A stretch of 63,928 bases of DNA, counting the filler, from Folioceros fuciformis (taxonomy: Eukaryota), in the NCBI GenBank assembly GCA_049999805.1. It is 5 parts of 5 records of this genome, joined end to end, with 100 filler letters (N's around TTAATTAATTAA, not from the genome) between each part and the next. Parts side by side here need not be neighbours in the genome. Positions count along the whole stretch, not along the records: positions 14,481 to 38,676 come from JBNGIO010005831.1; positions 38,777 to 59,437 come from JBNGIO010005835.1; 3 more parts are not named here. The stretch is one strand, 5' to 3'. The notes below the pieces were generated by a model, which made no database searches, was not told where the DNA came from, and saw only the letters and a program-made list of their open reading frames with translations. The first letter of the stretch is position 1; each line of letters opens with the position of its first letter. Of the stretch, positions 25,930 through 39,229 are shown piece by piece. A program made the position numbers and the translations under genes.

Positions 25930-26138
25930 TAATTTTCCAAGTACAACTCGACTAGCGCACTAAACACATTGACATAAAGCATCACTTTATCAGGTAGGTG
26001 ATTAGTGATGGAAATGCAATCTTGCAGTATTGTGCTACAGGGAAGAAAGTAGTAGATATCTTGACAAAAGCTCTTTCTAAGGATAAGCATGACAAGTTTT
26101 GCAAGGCCATAGGCCTTATAGAAATGCCTGACACATAG
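25930..26138 (+). pseudogene. Copia RNase H C-terminal fragment
   Basis: TKHIDIKHHFIR*VISDG...VDILTKALSKDKH. Confidence 0.75.
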
Positions 26139-26274
26139 AAATTCTTGTAACCCACTAGGCAGTGTCAACTAGACAACCTAAACTTGCATGCTTCCATCCT
26201 TGAAACCGGCGCTGAGGCATCACTGCAGAACATTTGTACCAAGGCTCTGCATACAGATGATTACACAGCGCAGA

Positions 26275-27314
26275 TCAAGACAACAGGTACTCTGGAATCA
26301 ATGGGAGCTCAAGCGTAGTATACTCAACATAGCGCAAGATCAACCGGCCTTCCTTCGAGAAATCGCTGATCCTCATCACCCAGATATCGTAATTCTCCCC
26401 TCCGAACCTGTCCTTTTCCTTAAACATGTCACTGCCTATGTTATAGGACAGTTTGGGTGTCGTATCGTCGTCACCCATGTTTGTAGGATTTTACAGACAC
26501 TGATGTGTGAAGTTGTAACCTGTGCTGTGCAGGTTAATCACAATAGAGTATCTAGGAACAGATGTTAGGAGACAAATGATACCTGGTTGTTGAAGACATC
26601 AGCAATCACAGAACATAAATAGGGTTAGAAACTTTGCGTTGTGCTGCTGTCAAATTGTTTTCTAATTTTAAATGCCTCATCTTCCACTTATTTTTTTGCG
26701 TAGGTGGAGTTTGGTGGGCAACAATTGGGTGCATTAAACCTGTGACTTCTGTTTGTCTTATTTATATGCCTGCGTAAGACTCTAGAATGAGGGGAATTAG
26801 CAAGCAAATGTGATTTTGACAAAGTCAACAATTTGAAATTCAGGTGAGAGATTTGTTCTTTCAGACTTTGAATACCAACACTAGAATCAGTAAGGCGTCG
26901 AATGACTCTGCCATGATTTCTTTTTATGTGGTTTTGGTATGATTCAAGCCTGGTTAGTAATTAAGAAATCCATGTGTCTGATGCAACATGTGTTGTGAGA
27001 AGTTCCCTATGATTAGAGTTACCACCAGAAGAGCGCTGCAATCGCACCACTTGTGGAATCGATTGTCTGGGAAAGTAAGGAGAAAAAGTCAAATATCTTT
27101 GACCAGGGTAGAGAGTCTCCACTATTGTATTGAAGGCCTCTTGTAGGTTTCTGCAGAGATCTGGCGAATCTTGATTGCGCAACAGCCATATCACAATGTG
27201 TTGATGGATGTACTCCACAAGATTGTGCCTGTTTTGATTTTGATTTTGCTACCTCCTGTTGTTGTTTGCACGCTCAACAGGAACACGCTAGACATTGTTT
27301 CCATTGATAGCCAT
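26275..27314 (-). mobile_element. Decayed copia 5' fragment (copia E): gag start plus upstream ORF remnant
   Basis: Gag N-terminus FKEKDRFGGENYDIWVMRI (start 26478); upstream frame from ATG 27314 to 26961 with two TAG stops. Confidence 0.55.
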
Positions 27315-27879
27315 TTACGGCTAAATTGGTAGAAGCTTGTAAAATGCAAATTATATGCATTTCTGTAAGCTTTTTTCCATAATTTTCAGGAATGTGTATG
27401 CAAGATCTGGTGGTTGTTCTAGTGTACCTCTGCCAGAATTGCCTAAGGCAATCTAACTAGAGATGCACTGGAACAAGATCCAGGTTTAGCACATCTCCTT
27501 ATATAAAGAAAATTTCTACAAAAATCTTTATATGTTCTTTTCTTTTCTCAAAAGGAAACCTAATTTCCTTTTGAAAGAAAGCAAAAGAAACATGATTGTG
27601 CATGAAATTAAATGCACAATCTAATGTACGCTCATATGAATGTAGCCTACATCAGATGTTCTAATACCATAAGAAATTACATGTAGATGTAGATTTATTA
27701 TGAAAATAACATTGTATATATTCAAAAAAAAGAGAGTTAAGAGAACATTGAAACTTGTACTTAATTGTTCATGAATGGGTGTGACTATTACTAACAGTCG
27801 TAACCCTAGCGAAGAGGTAAGACATATTAAACCTATACACACAATATGAAACTGGATATAATATAAACCTAATCTCATT

Positions 27880-28205
27880 ATGCCAACATCAATACTCCTT
27901 CACTCCCACTTGCAAGCTCCATCTTGAAGTGAGTTGCATCTACGGCCCCACAACAATTGATAAAACCTTGTTTCTCTTTAGACCCATCCTTCACCACTCT
28001 TAGTTCTTCTCCTTCATGCCACCGTAGATGATGTGTAGCTCATCGAATGAAGGCCACAATAAACCTATTCGTCACGTCGCATGCCATGCTTTGACCAACA
28101 TCAAACATTTCACCAATTGACAAAAGAGAGTCGAAGATTGTAAGCTTTCTTAGAGCAATAACCACTTGTTTATGAACTGGGATATTCCTTTTAGCCACAA
28201 TGTTA
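27880..28205 (-). pseudogene. PIF/Harbinger (HARBI1-like DDE) transposase remnant
   Basis: IPVHKQVVIALRKL...SIGEMFDVGQS (helix-turn-helix region) then LRW...GFINCCGAVDATHF with the first catalytic Asp; internal stop. Confidence 0.8.
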
Positions 28206-28437
28206 AAGCCTATCACATTCACAAATTGCAAGTCTTGCCAAACTAAACTACAACTATATTCAAAAGTTGATCATGAGAATCTCAAGAAGCCAGAAAATCT
28301 CCACTCATCTTCCCTTACCAGCATGCTAAACAAAGGCCACATATTAGTGATACGAGGTTTGATGTAATAGATACCCCTTTGTACCCCATGAAAGAACCCT
28401 CTTGGCAACTTGTTTGGGTCATCCAGCATCCCAAGTA

Positions 28438-28605
28438 TAGCATATAAATCATCACATGCACAAACAAGGTCTTCCATCTAGCATGTAACTCATCATATGC
28501 ACAACCAAGGTCTTCCATCTAGCATGTAACTTATGACATGCACAAACAAGGTCTTTTCACTAGCATGTAACTCATGGCATGCACAAACAAGGTCTCCCAT
28601 AGCAT
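28438..28605 (+). repeat. ~41-bp tandem repeat, about 4 copies
   Basis: tagcatgtaactcatcatatgcacaaacaaggtcttccatc units. Confidence 0.85.
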
Positions 28606-31600
28606 CTTCAAAAAAAACAATTCTTCTCCTTGGAATTACGAGGCTTGCATGATGTTAGCATTGTTAGATTAAAAAATATCCAATTGCTCCATAAACTTAA
28701 ACACATTTTCCATGCATCCAATAATACTCAAACACACCATAGATCGAAATATTACTTATGGAACCATAATTATAATAAAAATAAAAAACCAAAACCACCT
28801 CATGTCCTTGGCACCATCCACAAAGCGCTGCACCCCTACAAAAGAACCCCAAGCGCTGCTCCCAACATAACTTGAACCCCCGTCCTTGCAAAAGCCCAAA
28901 TGGGCCGCGTGTGGTTTGTGGAGTTACTTAAAATACATATGGACCATGGAACTTTAATGGACAATCCGAAACAACCCTTATATCAACCGATGACACTATC
29001 AAAAGTGAGAAAGTCCGGGTTGTAGTTCAGGAGACATGTGGACAACGCAACTCCGGCCCAGATCGGGATCCTCCTTTAACAGTGATTTTACATTGGACCG
29101 CGGTGGTTGAACCGCGCTGTCTCTGCCCACGGGTGCTCGTCAACGGCTGTTCTCTAGGTTTCTTCCGAGCTACGCTAAGGCAGGCGATCGTTGCACACGC
29201 ATACAGTACTGTGCTTTCTACGGGTGATTACATTCTTTGGTCAAATTCCCTAATCACTGGTAATATTTTGCAATACGTCCACTCGATCCTGGCAGCCGGA
29301 TCTCAAGCTCGCTCTGAAGCACAAGAAGGAGCGAAGTGGTGCAGAGTCGGTCATGTCGACTCCTCGAACACCTACATCCATCCTAAAATGGGATGTGACA
29401 CACCCAGCCCACGAGTGGCGGGCTGCAAGAGACCGTGAGGAGGAGGTTTCGTTACAAAAACAGAACTTATATTAGTGGTCCATCTATTCCGACAAAGACA
29501 GGGTGAACAACGCAACGAAGGGCGCCAAACACGGTAGGAGAGCCAAGGAGGTTTGCGGCTTGGGTCCTTGGATCAGATCCTGATTTAATCTTTAAGGAAG
29601 TGTATGTTCGAGGAGCAGCACCGTATCCGTAGGCGTCACCTCCTCCTTCTCCAACGTACTTCCTTCCAGACCTGGGATGCCCGGCACACGTTCGACCTGA
29701 ATGACATAAACTGTAAGTTTGTGAATCATCCCGTCCTGCCCATGGCAGAATGCATTCCGTGGCATGCCCTTGGACTCGTGGACCGCTTGCCAACCAGCCA
29801 TGACATCGCTGCACCTGACTTGGAGCCCGGCACTCGGGACTTGGGACTGAACGTAGTACGTACTTGTTGCTACCGATTCTGTGATTTCGATCATTCGACC
29901 CAACTGGGCTATGCTGTTTAGGGTTTCCAGCGTCTTGCAGTTTTTGTTTGAAGTCGCACCACAGGACACGGCAGACAGATTGAAGCGAGCTTCTCCGATC
30001 ACGGAATCTGCAAGCTGCATTGCGAATGAGAGAGACATCACCCGGCAACGCCATTCGACCTCTTAAGCTCTCTGGCAACGATAACCTCCTGTATGCGACG
30101 GTAGGTGAGGAGGCCTTACCAGCTACTGAACTGCCAGCGATGCAGCGTCTTGCCGAGCCGGCCTCGAATGTCAGATCATTTTCCTGAAGGCTTCTGCTCG
30201 CTCTAGCGTTTCTACTATCGCTGCTGTATGGCTCTCAGCTCAGCGCTCTCCCGTCCTTTCGTAAGCCTCCCTCCTTGGTGACAGACCTTTGCACTCTTAG
30301 ACCTTTGAGGTGAAAGTGAACCCTTTCCGCTCTGCAATTCCAATAAGCTCTCATGATCATTCCAACGGTTGGACAGGTGCTGGTCTAGCTGCCTTGGCAT
30401 CCCTGGCTGTTCTGACCACAATGTGTGTTTCTCTGTAAGAGGAATGCGTGATTGGGAACATTCTGCTCACCGTGGCCGATTTCAGCAAACCAACTGGGAA
30501 CCACTCATTAGGAATTTTGTGATGAAGAAAAGGGCATACCACTGTTCAACATGCATGCCTTGTCTTAGGATACATGTAATTCTTCAGGTGGAGGATCCGA
30601 AAGGATCAACCTTGCCTTTCCGCAAAGAAATCGGAGAAGACGGTGTGTTGCACATGTTCTCAAATAAACCTGCAATTGCTCGTCTCCCAACAGATTGTTC
30701 TTGGTCTTTCCTCAGTGACTTCCTCTCCGCGATTATTGTCTCCATGTAATATCTTCCTTAAACGTTTTAGATGTTGTGTTCACCAGTAATGTTTTACTGT
30801 TATAGAGTGTAGCATTGCACTTAATGATTCTCTCATCAATGAAGTTCGTTTAATACTGTACATACTTATCTGGGAGATGAGAAGGCGAGCCCTCCTTAGC
30901 ACGAGGTAATGTAGGTCCATCTCTTCACATGTCTGTGGTGCATTTACAGTCACAAATGTTGTTCCAAGGGATGCGATGCAACAGTCTGAAAGCCCGTTCC
31001 TGGTTGTACTTGTTCGAGGACGAGGCACCCGTCCCACGACCACACATTGCTGGCCTTCCCATGCGCAGGGCCTGCAAAACATGTGTTGGAATGTGGGCCA
31101 TCCAGCGGGAGTCGTTCGAGTTTGATGCTATGAAAAGAAGCATGTCACGGGCGATCTGAATAGTGATGGCGATAGCGACCATGTCAAGCAAGCGACAGTG
31201 ACGCTCATAAACTTCCTCAAGCAAGCGCCACACCAGCCTGGAGTCATGAACCTCCTGTAGCCAGGAACTCGCAAATTGGATGGATCCGTCGCAACACCTG
31301 CTTCATCCTCCAGTCGTTAACTAGGAAACTTGGAAATCAGAGTAGTTAAACGCCAGTGACTTTACAGCCCATGCTTGCGATGTACGGTGGCGTGCTTTAG
31401 ATCTCGCCCCTGCCTTTCCCTGAATGAATGCCAGAACATCCTACAGGGATGAGAAGGGGAACAGGATATAGTGACTGTCACAGAGATCCCCCGCTTTCTC
31501 GGTCCCCCAGGCGCTCGTCGAACCACAGCTTGGGCATAATTAGCATTGCGAGTCGCGCAGGAACGCTGTAGCAACGCGATTCCCGGGTGCTGCAAAGCAG

Positions 31601-31734
31601 GGAGCAGCACGTGTCGGTGCAGCCATGGTTCATCCTCTCCTCCCGCCATAGTCGGCGCCAGCGGTTGGCGTCTATACAGGCGATCTTAGACCTCAGATCT
31701 CACGACCGGGAGGTGCCCATTCCCCGACTCGGCC

Positions 31735-32817
31735 ATGGCCAGCGGCAACGGGAACGGGAACCAGGACAAGGACAAGGACAAGGACAAGGTGCCTATCCCG
31801 GTAGTGGATCCGGGCCCGGAGAGCCTGCCCCCGGGCCTGCAGCAGCTCCTGTCGGACCTGGGATCGGATTCGTGGGCGATGGAGGAGCTACCGGACCTGA
31901 GGAGCGAGCAGCTAGGGGATTTTTTCCGGGTCCAACCGGCCAGGCTCAGGACGAGGACGCAGTGGCAGGTGCGCATGCAGGTGCTGAAGGCGGTGGGCGA
32001 CTGTCGCACACTGAAGCATGTCGTGCTGCAGGATCTGGACGTGGGCGCCGAGCGGGAGGAGGAGGTGGAGGTGCTCCTGGGCGGGCTCCAGTGCAATCCC
32101 GTGCTGGAAAGGCTGGAGCTCCGGGGATCCCCAGGCCTCGGGACAGAGGCGGCCTGCGAGAGGGTGGGCGGGATCCTGCGCGCCGCCCAGACATTGCAGG
32201 AGCTGTGGCTGGTGGGCGTCGGGATGGAGTCCGCAGGGCTTGCAGCGATATCGCGCGCGGTGCCGGGGTCCCGGCTCAGAAGCCTGCACCTGTCGTGGAG
32301 CGGGGTGCGGAACGCAGCAGGGGCGCAGAGCGTGGCGCACATTCTCACCAGCACCGCGCTGCGGGAGGTGAGGATCCACGGTTTGGGGCTGGACGTGGCG
32401 GAGGCCCGAGCGATCGCCCACGCCGTTCCCAGCCCGCCCATGGACCTGCAGACGCAAATTCAGGACTCCCTGGAAGTCCTGTTGCCAGGCCTGGCGCACC
32501 AGCTGCTGGGCCGGCGCACCTCCCCGATCAAGATCCAGGTGCCCTCTACCCCCTGCGTTTTCCACCAAATTCCTGTCGGCTTCCCAAAGCTCACACCTCT
32601 CTCCGTCTTCCTCATGGCCGTCGTCGAGCGTCTAAGACCCAGGGCGCCAGCGCGCCGCAAGGGCCATTCCCCGCCTCCTTGGAACGAGACGTCTCAGCAT
32701 TCTGAAGAATGTGACCCGGATCCATCCTCCACTTGCTGTCGCTCCACCTGGCATCCTCCTCACACGCTTGACAAGTCAGCCCTAGATATACACGTCACTC
32801 TCCCAGGTGGAAATTAG
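31735..32817 (+). CDS. RNI-type leucine-rich-repeat protein (TORNADO1/Roco-like N-terminus), apparently truncated or chimeric after ~32430
   Basis: ~28-aa repeats CRTLKHVVL, NPVLERLEL, AQTLQELWL, SRLRSLHL, TALREVRI; GC-rich coding-like sequence; LRR pattern ends abruptly. Confidence 0.6.
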   Translation: MASGNGNGNQDKDKDKDKVPIPVVDPGPESLPPGLQQLLSDLGSDSWAMEELPDLRSEQLGDFFRVQPARLRTRTQWQVRMQVLKAVGDCRTLKHVVLQDLDVGAEREEEVEVLLGGLQCNPVLERLELRGSPGLGTEAACERVGGILRAAQTLQELWLVGVGMESAGLAAISRAVPGSRLRSLHLSWSGVRNAAGAQSVAHILTSTALREVRIHGLGLDVAEARAIAHAVPSPPMDLQTQIQDSLEVLLPGLAHQLLGRRTSPIKIQVPSTPCVFHQIPVGFPKLTPLSVFLMAVVERLRPRAPARRKGHSPPPWNETSQHSEECDPDPSSTCCRSTWHPPHTLDKSALDIHVTLPGGN

Positions 32818-35800
32818 GCAAAGCCGCACTTTTCTCACCTGTGTAATATTATGTACCTATTAAATTTCAGAAACATTCTATCCATTCAAACAAATGACAA
32901 GGGCAATGAACATTCTTGCAAACCCAACGAACGTTTTGGTAAATTTGTGAATCTTAATAAGCATGTCTTGAAAAATATGATTTCTTATTACAACTATATA
33001 AAAGGAGTTTTATTAGTCTGTCCAAAGATATTACATGGAATTTGAGTTTCTTCCACAAGTTTTTTTTTTAAATTTTGTATACAATATTTATTCTAAATTT
33101 ACGTATTAAAATTCTGGATACTTTTTCGAGAATGGAAAATGCTCTAAGATTCTCAAGTACTTCATACATTGTTCGTTTTTCTCACTGTAGAGAGAATATC
33201 CTTAAGTTCATGGAAAGTTCGAAAGTGTTAAGAAAAAATTTCCTTATAAGTTCAAAGGATGGTGCATTTCTTTATGTTACATGATTATACATCATCAATC
33301 TTTCCTTTTCATCTATATATTGTTTTATTTGCAACTAATTATATATATAGGATACATAACTTAAATGCTTCAAAATATACTCTAGAATGAAGAGTATGTG
33401 CATCTTCATCTTCATGCATCAAGCTACTAAGTTTTGCAAACCAGAGTATTCAAACATGCAGATCTCAAAGATGTAGATCCAAACGATGGTATTTGCAAAG
33501 GACATGCACAATCCATGCATGTTTTTAAGTGTTTTGCTTCTAAGTCTGCCCTTACGTTCTTGCATAGAACTACCAAACATAGCCTACATTGAACATTTTT
33601 GTGGTGAATTGCTGTACCTCCCTGGTGATATAGTACTACAACAAGTCATTGTAAACCTTGTGACGAGTGTTGTAGCAAAGTCCTTGGAAGCATTTCCCAA
33701 TGAACTTCCTATCTTCTTAGCATCTAGGGGCCCATATAAGATGAGGGCACTTGCTACATGTTTTTCTACAGTGAAAAGCCAAGAACAATGTCATATGTGT
33801 CTTGTCCATGTTGCTGGGGAGCTTTTAATCAATAGATGTCCTACTAGGCGAGATGCTCGATACACTGTAGTTGATTGTACTGTGGAATACAGCCCAGATC
33901 TGCCATTCCCTGACAGCTGTTCTACTATGTATAGTGAAGGATTGAATAGTTAGTAATGAAACAATAATCTTGGAGATGATGTCTTAATGTAGTGTGACAT
34001 GCTACGAGCCTACAACAGAGATAACACATATTTGATGTATAACAACATGTTTGCATCAGAAAGAATTATGAGCAAATGACAGAATACAAGGTTTTCTAAG
34101 TTGGGCTTTGTGATCTCATTGGATACAATTTGCAAATACTGTTTACAGTTCTAGTCATTGTTGCATGGAGGCCTTTCTAATTGAAGTTCATCTTTGTTCT
34201 TCCTTCTTGCAGCCCTGTTTAATTTGGGTTCACCTTTTGCTTTCTTGAACAATACGAAGCATGCTCATGTGTGTCCAAGGCTATTGTGTAGGTCCTTCTG
34301 GTAGAAGGAAAAACAAGTCCTGTTGAGCATGTTATATCCGTTGCATGTTTCCATTTTCATAGAGAAGGCACGGTTGCTGGGTTTTGTTGCCTTTTCAATT
34401 CTTCTTGTGTGCCAACGGTACTCTCACCAGCCTGACACTCTATCGGTGTAACCATTCCGCATGTAACGAAACTCGTGTGCAGGCTGCAGTTCTGATTCTG
34501 ACGACATCGTAGTACTTCGTACCATGCTCTTCTCCGGCGGCCTCCAATTCGCCGCGAATGAAGAACAATGCCTCTGTAGGCAAGTAGAGGACTTCTAGAT
34601 GCTTGCTGCAGATTCGGGCCTGGCAAATCTGCCTGCTCTGGAGTGAAACCTGAGATGCATGTTCGGGAAGCGTAGGGTTTCGGTTCTTACAAAACTCACG
34701 AAGAAGGGATACCGCAAATGCCGGTCCGGATAAACGTCACAATGCAGTGATAGTGCATAACGGTGTGCATCCCACTGCCCGCTGTCGAGAGAACAACAGA
34801 TTAAGCGGAGATCCCGGTCCTGTTCGACGTGTATGACAACCCCGTTTTGCTGTCCTGATGACAGGTCGAGTCTGCCTCGCCAATTTGTTTTATCGCTGTT
34901 ACTGCCAAACAAGTAGGCAAGGCCCGTGTAATGGTCCAGCTAAGCTGGTTTCTTATTATCCCCTTCCCGTCAGTGTGAAGAAGGTTCCAGATTTTCATTT
35001 CCCAATCCCCTGGCTTGTGCGTGACAAGAGCGCGGAACCCGACGCGGCGAGAGAATCAGGCAGGCGGGATGCGGCCTTCTGCGGCGCACCGGGCGCGGGC
35101 ACCAATCGCCTGTGGCCGGACTCTGCGAGCACGAACATTGCTTTTGTGACTCGGATCGGGAATGAGACTCGAGGAAACGGGTGCCAGCAGGCCAGCAACA
35201 TCTGCCATCTGGTCTGAGTGGCGACTTCGACTGCCCTAACTCCTCCACATGCCAAGTGTCCGCTGCACCATGTGAGCTGTGTTTTCGCTGCAGGAAAGCT
35301 GGCCGCCATCGGATGTGACTCGCATCGAGAATCTGCTCGACAGGCAGGCACACCATGAGCCCCACTGCCGCTGCCCGGGGGGGCACGCGCTTGATGAGGT
35401 AACGCTTTCTATTATACTGCTGCTGTTGGACTGTTGCGGGAAAAACCGCGGGGACGTACGCCTCCACTGCTCTTGGGCATCTTGCTGATGAGATGCATTA
35501 CCAGTCGACTGCATGAGTGAAGACTACGCGTACCGCTCATTCGTGAGAAACAGTCCTGCGTCTTGCGGCCTCTCTTCTCTTCACTGTGGCCCCGTCTGTC
35601 CCAGCAGCATTTTGATTCCGAACATCTTTCCACAGTGCGGAGTGGTACGCCTCACTGACGCTCATTGCTCTTTCTACTGCAGTCTGGCCGGCGGTGGCAA
35701 AGAAAGTTACCCTCGTACCAGCGCATCACCCCAAGTTCAGCCCTAGTTGTAGGTGGCGATTGGCACCGTACCACCAAGGTGCAGAACAGCATCCATTGAG

Positions 35801-37956
35801 GACAGATGTTGCGGAACTCTTCAGATGGCTCTCGCGTTTATCATCAGAGTCCAACGACAAGGGGTACGTACATCAACTCGATAGGCATCGCTCGATTCAT
35901 CGCATCTTCTAGCATCCTTCGCAGGGGAACTTAGAAGTGATGACAACTGACAAGGAAGCCCTATCCAAACGTGAAACCCTAGCCTACTTTTCAGCAATGT
36001 GACGAATACAGCTTGACAGTTTGCAAGGAAGGCGGACCCCAGGAATGTAGCCATTCCCGGGAACGTGCACTGGTCGCTTGGCTCTTTCCCTTTCTGGTCC
36101 CTTCCCCCCTTAGTATGTATGTGTATCATCGCTGTGGCAGGTCCCATCCAATTGCTCTTTCATCAGCAGTGCCAGTGAGGGTGAGCCCTGGAAGATGAAG
36201 TCTGCCCATACAGTACCAAATCGCTCGCCTGGGCATCTTCCTATAGGGTCACGTCACGGAAGATGGTGGCAGCTTGATGGCGCACGCAAGACTCTTGTGT
36301 GTCCAGTTTGAACTTCGTAAGTTGTGGGCCTGGTGACTGAGCTCAACCTGACAAGGACAAGGCTGTCATCCAAGGTGACGCAAACGCGGTAACCCTGATC
36401 CAAGCTTGGGTGGGGCCTCCCTCCCAGGTGAAACCCCTTCCCCTCACAACGGATCACTTCTTTGCATGTAGTATGGGTATTAGCTGTCAATCTCACCTAC
36501 CAGTAGCCCAGCAATAATTCGCATTCTAATGACTTACGGGAAACTGGACTGTAAAGGACTGGCAACTTGTTCCACCCATAGCCATTCTGGTTTCCTTCAA
36601 GATAAGCTCGGAAAGACCGCTGTCTACTTGCCTCGTAGAATGGCCAATCTTGCATCTCTCAACATTGTTTGTGATTCACGTCCCTGTGTTAATCTCATGT
36701 GTGCGCTCCAAGTATTAACTTAGGTATGTACCTGTTTCGACAGAACAAAGTAGTATGCATTGGCGGACTCTTGGGGGGCATTTTTCTAGGTGAATATTTT
36801 ATGCTGGACCCTTTTGTGGGGAAATGGAATGGCTTCGGGAAAGGCAACACCACCTCCCATGCACATACATGTACATGTACTGTCAATTGGGATGAAGCCT
36901 GCTTCCAGGTACAACTTGACAGTTGGGATCGTTGGTCGATGCGCCATCTCCGCACGCCCCGCTTCAACGGCCAAGATTAGGCAGCGCCCATCCCGGTGTT
37001 GGGCCCCGGCCACCGGGGGAGGCCGGGGTGAAGAAACCGCCGGTCCGAAACCAGCGCGCCAAGCACGAGCGCTAACTTGCGCCGGCTCCACAGTCCTGTT
37101 TTTCGCTACGCGCTAACGCGCTTAAAATAAAATAGGATGGCAGGCCCGCCCCGAGGATTCGCCAGAGGGTTTCGCCTTGGGCGTAAGTTCGACACATCGG
37201 GTGGCTGTCCCCGGGAGACCGTTCTTTGACTGACCTCGCCAGCCTGCGTTGCTGACCGACCTCGTCTTTGCTCCGTTTGCGGAAGCCGCTCCAATTCGAC
37301 CTCGGGGCGTGACGAAGCGCTGAGCCTGATTCTCCACTTCTCTGATCCGGAGACTGTGGGCAGCTGAGAAGCGGAAGCTGTGTCTGTCAGATCTGGAAGG
37401 TTAGGCTCCGCCGTGGCTGCTGCTTCTGCCGCTGCTGAAGCTTGCAAGGAAGGAAGGACGGAAGTAAGGAGAAGGAAGAAAGCGCTGCATTCCCGCTGCC
37501 GGGTGCTGAGCCTGGGAGGACGATGGATGGTGAGCTCGGAAGCGGAGGCTACCCGGAGCTGGTTTGCTGAGGACGCCGTACTGTTGTCTTTGTATCCTTC
37601 ACGTGAGACAGGCCTCAGGCGGAGAGCTGTTTTCTGAGCTGCAGGTGCGATGGCGGGCCACGGGATAGAGAGCTGAGCATGAACGGTTTGGGTGATGGGT
37701 TTGCCGTCGTAGGGGGCCTCATGTCTGTAGCAGGTACGGCGGATCTGGCTTCGGAAGGAGAGGCGCAGGCCTTCAGGTCCGAAGGATGCGGTGAGGGAAC
37801 GTTGTTTGACGCCGCCGGGGAAGGGCGCAGATCGATGCGGGACGGAAATATTTCGGAAGGGTTTTAAGTTTTCACAGGAAGCTGGGAGACTGGTATTGCA
37901 GATCTGCTCTCGTTTTTGTAGAGTAGGCAGGGAGCGGTGGAGCTGGGAGGAAGAGA

Positions 37957-38676
37957 ATGGAGGCGATGGCCTGCCGGTGGCCTCTGTTCCCTGTCTTGAT
38001 AGTTTGGCTGCTGGCGATCAGTCACGGCCTTTCTGCCGTGAGCGGTACGGACTATGTTTTGGTGGGGAAAGACGCGTGGCGAACGCCTCAGAGTCGGTAT
38101 CACTTCAGGAACTGGGCCAGCAACATCATCTTCTATCCCGGCGACTCGATCAGTAACTTTCGGCTCACCTCCTTTGATCTGCCTGGCTTTGGCTGGTTTT
38201 CCAGGTTTTGGAGGGAAGAGGTTTGGTGATTTGCTTTGTTGCACGCTGTCTCAGATCTGCCATGCTTGATTTTGCAGCTTTTGTCTACGATGGGCGTGTT
38301 GACAGCGTTCAGGAAGTGGACGAGGCCGGGTTCACTGTTTGTGGATCGACGAACCCGCTCAGTACAGATGCCACAGGTGTAACGAGAGTGGATTTGGTGA
38401 ATCCTGGTAAGAATGGATCCTTGGACGTGGAGAGCGACTGTCTAGATTTGTTGCTGATGGCTTTTGTGAGGTGACATTGCATTGTTAATCTCTTGCAGGG
38501 AAGAGGTACTTCATCACAAGCAACTCTGCCAACTGCCGAGCGGGCCTTCAGCTGTCGGTCCTGGTGAATTCAAGCTCGCACATGGGGGGCAGATACACAT
38601 TCGCAGAGGGGAGTGCTCCTTCTGCTAGTCCTGACGTGGCCCCTCCAGTTGCCTCCCCTGTTCCAAAGGAGAGTGC
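37957..38676 (+). CDS. Early-nodulin-like phytocyanin (plastocyanin-like domain plus AGP-like tail); exons 37957-38152, 38278-38406, 38499->38676 (gap)
   Basis: Signal peptide; NWASNIIFYPGDSI|TFVY..DSVQEV..F..C...P|GKRYFITSNSANCRAGLQLSVLV; GT-AG phase-1 introns; conserved disulfide Cys, Cu ligands replaced; SAP/SP/AP-rich tail. Confidence 0.9.
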
Positions 38677-39229
38677 NNNNNNNNNNNNNNNNNNNNNNNN
38701 NNNNNNNNNNNNNNNNNNNNTTAATTAATTAANNNNNNNNNNNNNNNNNNNNNNNNNNNNNNNNNNNNNNNNNNNNGACCAAACCTATACCCACTCTTAC
38801 AACCAAACCCACTATTTCCTGGTCAATTAACCCAATTAGCACAAAGAAAAATAGGAAAAATGACCAGAAAATCAAGGAAAATTAGGGAAAATAAGTTGAA
38901 AAAGAAAACCAAACCATACCACTATTAACCCTTTTTCAACCAAAACAAACTACTACCCCAAACTTTGGAGGTTCACACTCCCCTTCATTCTGATCAGGCG
39001 TGGGACAACCCTTGCTATCCAGCAATCGACTAGACCTCNNNNNNNNNNNNNNNNNNNNNNNNNNNNNNNNNNNNNNNNNNNNNNNNNNNNNNNNNNNNNN
39101 NNNNNNNNNNNNNNNNNNNNNNNNNNNNNNNNNNNNNNAGGAAAAATAAGTTGAAAAAGAAAACCAAACCATACCACTATTAACCCTTTTTCAACCAAAA
39201 CAGACTACTACCCCAAACTTTGGAGGTTC

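Noticed and set aside
29467-31250. Minus-strand ORF fragments, one resembling a kinase helix (VAIAITIQIARDM)
   Set aside because: No other kinase motifs; cannot assign a product.
33460-33960. Possible hAT transposase remnant (HVLCKYHRLDL on minus strand)
   Set aside because: One short motif amid many stops; not enough to call.
34350-37450. Exon-like pieces with AG/GT borders (e.g. 35293-35398) and short ORFs
   Set aside because: No coherent gene model or recognisable domain.
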